Notes: generated from the sequence alone by a model not told the origin. A DNA stretch of 64,000 nucleotides from Eledone cirrhosa (GCA_964016885.1 OZ024741.1:162812001-162876000); one strand, 5' to 3'. Shown: positions 1 to 10,766, counted from the stretch's first letter. Program-made: numbers and translations.

Positions 1-7
1 AAATATC

Positions 8-215
8 AAGTTATATGACTTTTAAGTTTAATTTGATAAGGTGTGTACAGACAACTATTTCAAGATATGAAATTTCAAGTTAAGTCATACGACGTTTAAT
101 TAGATAAAGTAACCAGAGACAATTGTTTCAATATATATAAGAAATGTTAAGTTATATGACTTTTAGGTTTAATTAGATAAGGTAACCACAGAAACTATTT
201 CAATGTATGAAAGAA
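8..215. repeat. Degenerate ~70-bp tandem repeat, about 3 copies
   Basis: aagttatatgacttttaagtttaatttgataaggt...aactatttcaa recurs near 8, 81 and 148. Confidence 0.6.
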
Positions 216-1016
216 ATGTTAATTTAAATTATTTTAGTCCATTGTATATCTACCAACAACCGTTCGTACGCAGTTCTTTTTAAAATATTTGGAATTGAGA
301 GCTTTTAGCAACGAGTCACATGGTCTGTTTTCCTAAACCTGATCATGGTCCACTTGTTATAGAATTATATCTTTTGTCTTATTCACTACACTGGTACTGT
401 GTTTTCTTGGTTCCACCAAAGTTCACTCTCCAAGGCACCATCTGCTGTGAATTTCATATTTGACTCTTCCAGAATTGACTTGTAATTTCTTGTTTATAGT
501 ATCTTAGGAAAGGTTATTGATCTAAAAAAAAAAAAACTTTAGTTCAATTCTACTACATTGTGTTTTATCATCTTTGAAGAACTATGTATAGCGATATTCC
601 GTATAAATTTGATGCAACCTCGACCACAGCATTTATATTTGTCGTTTTCACTCTGACTGTGACCAACTTTACAAAACTAAAGATTCATCTCTTTCATGTC
701 CTTCACATTAGAAGGAGGACAATCTTGGAACGTTCCAGTTGTAGACGTGATGGGAATGTCTGCAGAAATATCGTTTATACGAGTATTTGGTGAAATATTT
801 AACAACATTTTATTCTTTAACACTTCCTACCAAGAGAGCTACCAGGCAATATTAATATACGCCTGGATCGATCATCAGAAAGAGATGTTATCCATAACAT
901 CTCAGTCCGATGACCGATCCAGACGTATATTAATATTGCCTGGGATCCAGAAACCTTTAGTAATGGAGTAGTTATATTTTGTGTTGTTCACTTTCTAACT
1001 AAATAATATATATATA

Positions 1017-1345
1017 TTTCGTTTCTGAATTTGTTTAGCAAGATTCTTTTCTTTGTTTTTGTGCCTCTCCTTTGTTCTGTCCTACGCAGAAACAAGATGG
1101 CGTAGGACAGAACAAAGGAGAGGCACAAAAACAAAGAAAAGAATCCCCAGTCACTGAAGAGGTCACAGAATGTGTGACGAAAGAACTTTGACAATATATA
1201 AACAACCATCTGGTTGTGGAACCAACCAACCAACCGGAAATTTATAAATTCCTAAATTTATAAATTTATTATAATAAATTGAAGTGAAAGCAACTGGTGC
1301 GTGTGTTTCTTATTGGCAACATGACCCTCCCAAAGTATAACAATA
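1017..1345 (+). mobile_element. PLE-type pseudo-LTR fragment with a 46-bp fold-back hairpin
   Basis: Perfect stem 1042-1087/1100-1145 with a 12-nt loop; same family as 34181-34721; flanked by (TA)n; carries a hammerhead motif. Confidence 0.65.
1150..1192 (+). ncRNA. Minimal type I hammerhead-like motif
   Basis: gtca-CTGAAGA-g-gtcaca/tgtgac-GAAA-g aa c-TT-tgac; one extra G before stem II. Confidence 0.55.
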
Positions 1346-1390
1346 TATATATATATATAAATTAATAAAAACCATGATAAAAACAAAGAA

Positions 1391-1525
1391 TTATCTCTGA
1401 AGACAGCATATATATGTGAAAGTATATATATTTCCTCTGATAGTTTGTAATATTTTTACATAGATCTATATGATATACATACCAACACACATATATATCC
1501 TAGAAACGATCGTAAAATGATGAAT
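1391..1525 (+). ncRNA. Degenerate hammerhead-like motif with long stem II
   Basis: CTGAAGA...atatatatgtg/cacatatatat...GAAA-cgatcg-TA; stem I decayed. Confidence 0.4.
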
Positions 1526-1776
1526 TTTTTAATATAAGGAACTTGTTCTTTGTTTTTATTCATTGTTTTTATTAATTTATCTTGACTGTTTTCCTGTGAT
1601 TTTCATCGAAAATTTTTGAATACATCTTCTCTTTTCATGATATTTGGATTACATTGAGTTCTACATACGGATTGGACACTACCGTATATTTTGGTAGATT
1701 TATCTACATACTTTGCTCCTAATTTTATACAGGTATTCATATTTTAATATATATTTTTTATATATATATATATATA

Positions 1777-1811
<35 letters not shown>

Positions 1812-3437
1812 TACTGCTTGCAGTTAAGGGAATTAGTCGATTACATTGATCACAGTACTCTCTCTGATATTTATTTAATCGAATTGACAGTAAAAGATCT
1901 ACCAACTATAAACAGAATCTTTGAGTATATGGAAGTTACAAAATGCTTCAACAACAGAACCTCCTAGCTGCTTTACAGCTTTCCTTACTTCCCTTTTTTA
2001 TCTTTTTTCTTGCCTTCCCTATTTAAATTTTCTTTTTGTTTATTTTACTTTACCTTTTTTTAAAATAAAATTTTTATTTTTATATTCACTTATCTCTAAA
2101 TCTTATTTTTTGTTTCTCAACTGTAAGAAGTAGTAGATACATCCCCTAGTCTGTCATGGCTTACTAGCTCTATACAGACGTTTAAATTGATTGAATAAAT
2201 AGATACGCATACATATATGCATACATAAACACACACACACACACATATATATATATAAATATATATACAGATATATATACATATATTTACATACACACAG
2301 ATGAAGGTACAAATTCAACATACACACAGACATAAGGACATATTTAGCTCTGTGTGTGTATATGGGTGTGTGTGTGTGTATGGTGTGTATGTGCGTGTGT
2401 GTGTGTGTCTGCGAGAGACAGAGTGTATGTGTAAGAAACTCTCAGCAGAAGGCCTTCAGAGAAGAACCCCACCCCACATGCAAGACTTTCAGAATGACAG
2501 ATTTGTTTTAAAATACTTTTCAATCACTATTGTCCTGTGAATTATAGTTAGAACTTTACAGAGATTTCTTCCTCGTAATTTACATAAGCAAACTAATTAC
2601 ATTATTTATTTTCTTACATCTCCATTGTTTACCTACCTCAACTAACCCTTTGTTATTATTTTCTTCAAACTTAAACTTCTTCACTCTAATAAAGTACTGT
2701 TTATCCCCTGGATACTTAATTTCCTGATTGAGCGCTTCATTATCTCAAATCTGAAACTAATTCTGTCTTGTAGCCAATCACCGAACCGTCTACAAAAATA
2801 ATTGAAACAATGAGTTCAATTAAGGTTATATTAATAAAAGATTGCCAAAAAGCTGTTAATAATCTATTTCAAGCAACCAAAACTTATTCACAAAGTCATG
2901 ACTATATCCGAATGTTATTTGGTTATTTTAGCAAATGAAATTGGGTATTAATTTTGTCTTCAACAATTATTCAACTTAATAGTTACTTGTCTTGTCTTTC
3001 AGCTTATCACTTTCTGTCCTTAGATCAACAGATATAGACAAACACCCTCACACATCATATCATACATTCACACCCAATAAAAAACACAATCACAAGAACT
3101 GACATAACCATACACACATATACTGTAATTTTAATGTAATGTCTGTATGTTGACCGTGCTAGTGATTTATAGTTTTGATATATAAGCTGGCCTATACAAA
3201 ATACCAATGATCTCTTTACAATTCCGGACTTCACAGTTTGTGTGGCGTATTTTAATTAAGCAACCAAAATAGTCCACAACAAGTTTCACATGATTATTTT
3301 GAACGAAAAATAAATGGAAACAATATATTTTGATTAAAGGTTTTATACGGATTAAAAGCACCTAATCTTAGCCCCACGAGAAATTAATTTAAGCTTATTT
3401 TCACGCAGACACAGACACGTATACAAATACCTATATA

Positions 3438-3562
3438 CCTCTCTCTCTCTCTCAACCCATCTCTCCCCCATCTCTCCCCCTCTCTCTCTCTCTCAACCCA
3501 TCTCTCCCCCATCTCTCTCTCTCTCTCAACCCATCTCTCCCCCATCTCTCTCTCTCTCATTC

Positions 3563-3623
<61 letters not shown>
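3438..3623. repeat. Compound (CT)n/ctcaacccatctctccccat repeat followed by (CTAT)n
   Basis: Directly visible; the (CTAT)n run abuts the 5' end of the Tx1 element. Confidence 0.95.
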
Positions 3624-3854
3624 AATCTAGCTGTCGTCTGTTCTACAGTGTGGATGTCATTCACTTCGCACAGAAGTTTTGTTCAAATTTATTGAGGAAA
3701 TTTTGTGGGTTCAAACTTAATTTTGATACAATTGTGTAGCTTGACCCTCCGTCTGAACTGTCAGGCGGTGGGTCAGCTCATCTTTACCCCTCCTAGAGGT
3801 GAAAAACCTGTTTTAAAAAAATTTTGTGTAAAAAATTTCAATCGTCTAACAGAA

Positions 3855-5732
3855 ATGTTAAACGCAGCGAACGAAAATAGTGGTGGGGGGACAGCGGTAA
3901 GAGTTGTAAGCTCGCACGCTTTAGTCCTCCCTTCCTTCCCAACTAACGTCATAGAGAAGGAAGGAAAAATGAAAATAAAAACGGACGAATCTGCGGAGAA
4001 AAAATTAAATGACGAAAACAACGAAGAAAAAAAATTTGAAAAATTGCATGACAATACTAATAACACAAACAAAGACACAACAAACAAAAAAATAACAGTT
4101 GAAAATAACATAATATCAGAAAACAAAGCAGACGACAAGATTTCATTTGCACAGAAAACAAAGAAATCTTTGACTTATATAGCGGAAAACATTTCAGATG
4201 TGGTACGAAGGATCACGGACGCAAAACAATACATAAGTGAAGGTGAGAATGGTATTTTATTGGTAAAAATGCCTCAAGAATTCACGAAAGACATTGAAAG
4301 CCGAACGGTCAAGTTTCGGACCATCAACAACAGTACAAAAAAACCTGAACAGCCTTCTCAAGCAGATATCAAAACAGTACTCGCAGAAGTACTGAATGAA
4401 ACAACTTTCATAAGAAAAGACAGACTGTATGGAAGCCTAGCAATTATCATGAAGAACGAATCGGCGGCAAAAAAATGTGCTTTGTCACCGATTCGTTCGA
4501 AAAATTTCACCTTTTATCCATCTTATATGGGAAAAAAAACTCAACGCATATGGCTGGATGCAATGATGCCAGATGTGGACTACTGCTGGCTCATAGCTGG
4601 CTTCATCGATCCAGTGAATGACAACGTGATTTCCATTGGGAAAACCACAGGCAATGCGTTCAGTGGAACAGGTATAGAGCTGGTAGTACAAATGAAGCCT
4701 GAACGCATCGCCCAAATACCCGACAGAATCCTATTAGAGGACCACGGGTATATAAACATTAGCGTGGAGGGGAGAAGGCCGTCCTGCCATATCTGTGCAG
4801 GCAGAGGGCACCTGAAGGCCGCTTGTCCCCAACTCAACAAAAAGAAAACCCTGCTACCAACACCAGCTCCACCACCACCACCACAACAGATAAACAAACA
4901 ACAAAACTCAGTCCCACCCAACCCGTCCCTCAGTAACACCACAACACCACCACAACACAAACAGTCACAACACATTACCCCAAAACAAAATACAGGCCCA
5001 CCCAACCTCTCACTCAATAAAACAACACAACCACCGCAGACACAACACACAACACAGTCTAACATAGTGACATCCATCTCCCCCACAAAGAAAACCAACA
5101 CGGAAACATTACCAGCAAACATACCTCTTCCCTCCAACACTGAAGATAACCCAACGAATTCGGAGGAAGAAACGGAGTCCTTCAGACAGATTAAAAGGAA
5201 AAAAAGAAAACATGTGCAAAACACACAAGGACAAACAACCCCCACCCAAATCGCAACACAATCTAACAAAACAGAAAACACCCCTCCAGCAACAAACAAA
5301 ACCAAACCTGCCCCTCCCCTCTTCGAAACACTCACACCATCGGAAAAAAAGACATTACACTATACTTACATCAACAGAAACAATAATAAATTAAATGAAC
5401 TCATATACAATAATCCTTCGGTACAAACCGAAGGTGTAAACTTTGTTTCATCAGAAAACCACCCACATTTAAAACTAATAAAAATCCCAATGAACCTCTA
5501 CCAAAAACTAAAAAAGGATTTTAAGGAGGACGTAGGACCACCCTCTGTCAAACCCATAAACCGCGTCCTACTAAAAAGCTTTCCCCCTCCCCTTCCCCTC
5601 CCCAACACAACTCCAAACACCCCAACCCCACCACACACCGACGACCCCACACCACCACAAGACACCCCTTCACCCAACACCCCCGACCCCATGGAAGTCG
5701 TGCAACCCGAACCCCGGGAAGCGGAAAGGTAG
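3855..5732 (+). CDS. Tx1 ORF1 gag-like nucleic-acid-binding protein
   Basis: First in-frame ATG at 3855 (the track starts at GTG 3705); zinc knuckle CHICAGRGHLKAAC (CX2CX4HX4C); Pro/Thr/Gln-rich low-complexity tail. Confidence 0.85.
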   Translation: MLNAANENSGGGTAVRVVSSHALVLPSFPTNVIEKEGKMKIKTDESAEKKLNDENNEEKKFEKLHDNTNNTNKDTTNKKITVENNIISENKADDKISFAQKTKKSLTYIAENISDVVRRITDAKQYISEGENGILLVKMPQEFTKDIESRTVKFRTINNSTKKPEQPSQADIKTVLAEVLNETTFIRKDRLYGSLAIIMKNESAAKKCALSPIRSKNFTFYPSYMGKKTQRIWLDAMMPDVDYCWLIAGFIDPVNDNVISIGKTTGNAFSGTGIELVVQMKPERIAQIPDRILLEDHGYINISVEGRRPSCHICAGRGHLKAACPQLNKKKTLLPTPAPPPPPQQINKQQNSVPPNPSLSNTTTPPQHKQSQHITPKQNTGPPNLSLNKTTQPPQTQHTTQSNIVTSISPTKKTNTETLPANIPLPSNTEDNPTNSEEETESFRQIKRKKRKHVQNTQGQTTPTQIATQSNKTENTPPATNKTKPAPPLFETLTPSEKKTLHYTYINRNNNKLNELIYNNPSVQTEGVNFVSSENHPHLKLIKIPMNLYQKLKKDFKEDVGPPSVKPINRVLLKSFPPPLPLPNTTPNTPTPPHTDDPTPPQDTPSPNTPDPMEVVQPEPREAER

Positions 5733-5765
5733 GTCTCTACACTCTCCTTTGGCTCTGCCGCCCAC

Positions 5766-8700
5766 ATGGATGTGTTAAGAGTAGGATGTTTGAATGCACG
5801 TGGCCTGGGCTCAACTTGGAAGCAAGCAAAGCTTCTAAATGACCTCAGGTCATGTAGTATAAATGTAATGGTTATCTGTGAGACTCGAATCAGCGTCATG
5901 CGGCAGCTGGCCCCCACCTTCGATGACTTTGAGGTGCATGCATCTCTCTGTCAACCTGGAGGTGGGGGTGGGGTTGTCGTGCTGCTGCAAAAACACCTGG
6001 GTCTTGCCGTACAGGTTGTGCACTCGGACCCGGAGGGTCGTTTGTTGGTGCTAGACGTTGGCAGTAGTGAAAGTGCGGCCTTGAGACTGGTCGCCGTCTA
6101 CTCCCCTTTCGGAGCTGAACGGCCCGACTTCTTCCAGCGTTTGGAGACTTTTCTGGGAACGTCGCGTTCCCTGCTTCTAGCGGGGGATTGGAATGACATC
6201 CTAGATGCACGTTGGGACTATGCAGGAGCATGTCCTAATAGAGGGGGGTGTAACAGCCTCAAGGGGTTACTCGACCGTTTTAACTTGGTCGATAGATATC
6301 GACTAGATTTTCCAACTGTGCCTACCTGGACTTGGAGAAACCACAGTGGTCAATCTAGATCGTACTTAGATAGATTCTTAGTTAGAAGTAAGGATAGGGA
6401 CATATTAAGCTGTCCAGAAATGCGCACGGTTGGCTACACGGATCACAAATTAGTGACCTGCGTGGTCAATCTCGAGAAAACACATAGACAGGGTCCCGGT
6501 TACTGGAAACTTAATTTGTCTTTACCGGCAAAAGAGACTTACAGAAACCGGATTAGCAGATTAGTTAAGGAGAGGTTGACGGGTGCAATCGTCAACAACC
6601 GATGGTGGGCATCTCTCAAAAGAGAGATTAGAACAGAATCAATAAGTTATAGCAAGATGTTAGCTGCCAATAGGAATAGAAACGAGAAAGAATTAACAGG
6701 TAAATTAGAAGAGGCAATCAAGAGCGAAGATGTGGCCAGAGTGCTGGCATCGAGGACGGCCTTGAACCAGTTTTTCGATGCAAAGCATGAAGGCTGCGTC
6801 ATTCGAAGTAAAATACGTGCTCTAGGTAATGAGGGGGCCAAAGCCGTTGGATGGGCCCGCGTGACAGAAGCTAAAAGTGGAAATCGATCCACCATCCGGT
6901 CGTTGCAAGACGAAGATGGACGAGTGATCCGGGAGCCTAAGCAGATGTGCGAGGCCTTTCAAAAGCACTTTGCCCGATTGTTCGGGGGAGGCGAGGGTCC
7001 GGGCCGGGGCGTGGATTTCGGTCCATACCTCGACGGCCTGCCGCGTCTCTCGAACAAAGAGGCGGAGTCCTGCGAGGGACCAATCTCGGCTGATGAGATC
7101 GGAGATGCGCTGAGCCAATGCAGCAGACGCAAATCTCCAGGTCTCGATGGTATACCTTACGAACTTTATTTAGCAATGCCGGTCTTCTTCTCCGAACTCC
7201 TCGAAGCGGTCTACTGCAATTGGCAGCAGAACGGGAGAATTCCTTGTTCTGTAGCCAAGGGCGTAGTCACGCTGGTGAGGAAGGACGAGAACAAGGGGGA
7301 TAGTATAAATAATTTTCGGCCCATAACCCTGCTAAACACAGAGTTAAAGATTTTGGCCAAGGTGTTAGCAAAGAGGTTGGCGCTTGTCGTGGGTGGCCTG
7401 GTGGGAGATGCGCAGACATGTGCTATCCCATCCAGGTCCATTCACGATAACCTCCACCTCATGCGATACATCATAGAGAGGGTTGGCAACAAACCCGGCT
7501 TCGGTGGGGCCCTGATCAACTTGGATCAGTCTAAGGCCTTCGATAGGGTCGACCATGGTTACCTGGATGCGGTGCTAGCGGCGGCTGGGTTCGGTCCTGT
7601 TTTCAGAGGCTGGATCACTGCCCTACATAGCAACCACATCTGTTCTAGGATCAAGGTGAACGGCTACCTTTCGAAGCCGTTCGAAATCACACGATCCATT
7701 CGACAGGGGTGCCCTCTCTCCTCCCTTCTGTACGTATTGACTCTCGAGCCTTTACTGAGGAAGTTGGAGTTGTTGCAGGGTATCCCCCTGGAACCAGGAT
7801 TGAGCAAAGCGGTGTCGGCCTACGCCGATGACGTAACAGTAATGGTATCAACCGACTCGGAGATCGAGGCGATCGGTACCTTACTGGAGGAGTACGAAAG
7901 GTTGTCAGGAGCGAAACTGAACCGGGAAAAATCCATCGGGCTGCAACTCGGAACGTGGAGAGGCAGACCGATGCCTCCCGATGGTGTCGTCGGACACTGG
8001 ACGGAGGGCCCGGTAAAGTTGCTTGGGGTCTGGTTTGGACCGGACCTCCAGGTGGAAAAGAACTGGAACGAGGTTACGAACAAGGTGTTTGCACTAACCC
8101 AGAAATGGGCCAAGTGTAAGCTGTCCCTAAAAGGCCGGGCGGAGGTGGCGAACATTTACATAGCGTCCGTCACTTACTACCGCCTGACTGTCGTGCCTTG
8201 CCCTAAGGAAACACTCACCACCATGGAACGCATGCTCTTCCAATTTCTTTGGAAGAAGCGTCCTCCTATGGTGAGAAGATCCATCTGCTGCCAACAACCT
8301 TCGAAAGGAGGGCTGGGGATGCCGTGGTTGATGATGCGTAGGCACGCATTAAGGCTACGGCACCTACAGGTATTCCTCACTGGTCAACCGGTGTGGGCTC
8401 CGTTCGTGAAACGAGCCTTTCCGAGACTCGTCTCACTCACCGAGCTACAGTCCTGGGTCAAGCAAAGATCCGGAAAACTGGGAGACTGGCACACTGAGTG
8501 TGCTCAGGCGCTCAGGGCTCTCTGGCAAGCGGGCCGGGCCATCGGTGGAGAATCCACCTCATCATTCTATAGAGGGCTGGTGGCTAGCAGGGGCGATGAC
8601 ACCCTTGGAGAGTCGCTGGACATGGAAGAAGACGAACTGGCCAGCCTGTTCGGTAGGACTTTCGGCCCAGGACCAATGGACAACTTCCAGAAGTCACTGG

Positions 8701-9203
8701 CCTGGCAGTGCTACCGAGGGGCTCTACCCGTTCGAGAGAGGCTCTACAGACACGGGCGCCCGGGCAGGGATCCCTCAAAAAAGATTTGCCCTAGATGCGT
8801 GCGTCACGAAGAAACCGTGGCGCACGCATTGGTGCAATGTCCGGGCGTGGCTGATCTGTGGGGCTACGCCGAACAACTGCTGTCGCGGGTGGCGCCGATT
8901 AAATTGACAGCCGAGTCCGTGATGACAATCAAACCGCCTCCCCTCTTCACAAAGGAAGCAAAGGCGGTTTTTCTGTGCGTAATAGCCATGTTGAAAGAGG
9001 TTGTTTGGTGGACACGATTGAAAGGTCTGAGGTCAGGCAACTTCCTCTCTGGCCATAGTCTGGTCTACTTCTTCCGATATCACTTCGGAAGAAGGATAAG
9101 AATGGAGAGAGAGGTGCTTGGCCACAGGCAGTTTTATGAAAGGTGGGTGATAGTGGCGAGAATGGCTCGTGTAAATGGGCCTTCTCTGTATACCATCCTG
9201 TAG
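5766..9203 (+). CDS. Tx1 ORF2: apurinic-like endonuclease, reverse transcriptase and C-terminal CCHC (1145 aa)
   Basis: LNARGL, GDWND, YLDRFL, TDHKLV (APE); GPGYWKLN; NFRPITLLN, LDQSKAFDRVDH, RQGCPLS, YADD (RT); CPRCVRHEETVAHALVQC. Confidence 0.96.
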   Translation: MDVLRVGCLNARGLGSTWKQAKLLNDLRSCSINVMVICETRISVMRQLAPTFDDFEVHASLCQPGGGGGVVVLLQKHLGLAVQVVHSDPEGRLLVLDVGSSESAALRLVAVYSPFGAERPDFFQRLETFLGTSRSLLLAGDWNDILDARWDYAGACPNRGGCNSLKGLLDRFNLVDRYRLDFPTVPTWTWRNHSGQSRSYLDRFLVRSKDRDILSCPEMRTVGYTDHKLVTCVVNLEKTHRQGPGYWKLNLSLPAKETYRNRISRLVKERLTGAIVNNRWWASLKREIRTESISYSKMLAANRNRNEKELTGKLEEAIKSEDVARVLASRTALNQFFDAKHEGCVIRSKIRALGNEGAKAVGWARVTEAKSGNRSTIRSLQDEDGRVIREPKQMCEAFQKHFARLFGGGEGPGRGVDFGPYLDGLPRLSNKEAESCEGPISADEIGDALSQCSRRKSPGLDGIPYELYLAMPVFFSELLEAVYCNWQQNGRIPCSVAKGVVTLVRKDENKGDSINNFRPITLLNTELKILAKVLAKRLALVVGGLVGDAQTCAIPSRSIHDNLHLMRYIIERVGNKPGFGGALINLDQSKAFDRVDHGYLDAVLAAAGFGPVFRGWITALHSNHICSRIKVNGYLSKPFEITRSIRQGCPLSSLLYVLTLEPLLRKLELLQGIPLEPGLSKAVSAYADDVTVMVSTDSEIEAIGTLLEEYERLSGAKLNREKSIGLQLGTWRGRPMPPDGVVGHWTEGPVKLLGVWFGPDLQVEKNWNEVTNKVFALTQKWAKCKLSLKGRAEVANIYIASVTYYRLTVVPCPKETLTTMERMLFQFLWKKRPPMVRRSICCQQPSKGGLGMPWLMMRRHALRLRHLQVFLTGQPVWAPFVKRAFPRLVSLTELQSWVKQRSGKLGDWHTECAQALRALWQAGRAIGGESTSSFYRGLVASRGDDTLGESLDMEEDELASLFGRTFGPGPMDNFQKSLAWQCYRGALPVRERLYRHGRPGRDPSKKICPRCVRHEETVAHALVQCPGVADLWGYAEQLLSRVAPIKLTAESVMTIKPPPLFTKEAKAVFLCVIAMLKEVVWWTRLKGLRSGNFLSGHSLVYFFRYHFGRRIRMEREVLGHRQFYERWVIVARMARVNGPSLYTIL

Positions 9204-9460
9204 GTAAAGAAGTAAAGGAGAGGGGAGCACCTTCTCCATGTGCTCCCCGGGCAAAGGATTGCACACTTTTTCGGGGGTGTGTGCAACCCCCATCACGTCC
9301 CCTCCCTTTTGAGGTTATTTTCGATTATTTTCATGTTACACCCTTTTTACTCGATTATATGTAAACTCCCCCTTTGTATTTGTCCCTTCTTTTTATGCCT
9401 TTATGGTAAATAAAGAAATCTATCTATCTATCTATCTATCTATCTATTTATCTATCTATC

Positions 9461-9577
9461 TTATTTTATTTTTATATATTGTTATTGCCTCCTCCTTATT
9501 GAGGACGCCTTGTTTTGTAAACTCCCCCCATTGTACTTGTCCCACTTTTGATGCCCTGGTGGCAAATAAAAGAAACA
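9461..9577 (+). mobile_element. Heavily 5'-truncated Tx1 3'-UTR copy (diverged subfamily)
   Basis: gtaaactcccccattgtacttgtccc...gtggcaaataaaagaaa matches the 3' ends at 9361-9417 and 10566-10623; bounded by (CTAT)n at 9418-9460 and 9578-9653. Confidence 0.85.
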
Positions 9578-9652
<75 letters not shown>

Positions 9653-9660
9653 AGGTGTAA

Positions 9661-10623
9661 ATGGGCGACTGGCACATCGAATGTGCTCAGGCGCTCACAG
9701 CCCTCTGGCAGGCGGACCCGGCGATCAGTGGAGACTCCACTTCGTCATTCTATAGAGGGTTGGTCCGCAGCAAGTGCGACGACGCGCTCGGTGAAACTCT
9801 AGGCGTAGAGGAAGATGAACTGGCCAGTCTGTTCGGTAGGACCTTCCGCCCGGGACCGATGGACAACTTCCAAAAGTCCCTGGCCTGGCAGTGCTACCGA
9901 GGAGCTCTACCAGTTCGAGACAAGCTCTACAGACATGGGCGCCCGGGCAGGGACCCTGCAAAAAAGATCTGTCCGAGGTGCGTGCGAGACGAAGAAACCG
10001 TCGCGCACGCATTCATACACTGCCCAGGCGTCACTGACCTGTGGGGCTATGTAGAACGACTATTGTCGCGGGTGGGACCAATCCAGTTGACCACCGAGTC
10101 CATTGTCATGATCAAACCGCCACCCTCCTTCAAAAACGAAGGAGAGGCGGTTTTCCTTTGTGTGATAGCTATGGCGAAAGAGGTTGTATGGTGGACAAGG
10201 TTGAAAGGGCTGAGGTCAGACACCTTTCTCTCCGGCCAACAACTGATTCTTTTTTTCAAATAACACTTTGGAAGAAGAATCAGGATGGAGAGAGAGGTGC
10301 TGTACCCCAGCAAATTTTATGAAAGGTGGGTGAAAGTGGCGAGAATGGCCCGAGTGAATGGGCCTTCTCTCTATATCAGCCTGTAGGTTGAGGAAAAGGA
10401 GGAGGAGAGGAAAGGAGTACAAGCTCTTCGTACTCCTGGAGATGAGGGTTGCACATTTTTTTTCGGGGGTATGTGTTACCCATATAAACTGTCTCCCTCT
10501 ATTGGGGAAAATCGACTAACTTTTAAATTCCATCTGTGATAACATTTTACACGTTTTTATTGTATGTAAACTTCCCCCTTTGTATTTGTCCCCTTCTTTT
10601 GTGCCCCTGTGGCTAATAAAGAA
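9661..10623 (+). pseudogene. 5'-truncated Tx1 copy: ORF2 C-terminus with premature stop (10261-10263) plus 3' UTR
   Basis: GDWHIECAQAL...CPRCVRDEETVAHAFIHC closely parallels the ORF2 C-terminus; target-site duplication tatctataggtgtaa at 9646-9660 and 10627-10641. Confidence 0.92.
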
Positions 10624-10647
10624 ATATATCTATAGGTGTAACAAAGA

Positions 10648-10765
10648 AAGTGTGGTAAGATACCAAGTGGACTATAACGCGCCAGTACTCGATACTTAGG
10701 GTAGTAGAGTGGGTAATAGGAGAAGAGTCAGGACACCGACGGCTGAGCTCCGGCCGTTTCACAGC
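10648..10765 (-). mobile_element. Naiad pseudo-LTR terminal fragment containing the 3' half of a hammerhead
   Basis: gtggtaag...ttagggtagtagagtgggtaatagg...ccgacggctgagctc-ggccgtttc is the reverse complement of 43190-43300. Confidence 0.7.
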
Positions 10766-10766
10766 T

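Larger units (their letters stand above)
3625..9417 (+). mobile_element. Full-length, apparently intact Tx1-clade non-LTR retrotransposon inserted in (CTAT)n
   Basis: Two uninterrupted ORFs (CCHC ORF1; APE-RT-CCHC ORF2); 3' end AATAAAGAA runs into (ATCT)n; (CTAT)n on both sides. Confidence 0.92.

Noticed and set aside
250-975. ORFs 584-793 and 696-971, and a possible minus-strand L2/CR1 remnant (WIPGNINIRLD)
   Set aside because: No recognisable motifs on plus; the minus similarity is too short and stop-ridden to support
3773-5917. Long antisense ORFs opposite Tx1 ORF1
   Set aside because: Explained by the A/C-rich sense strand, which lacks antisense stops
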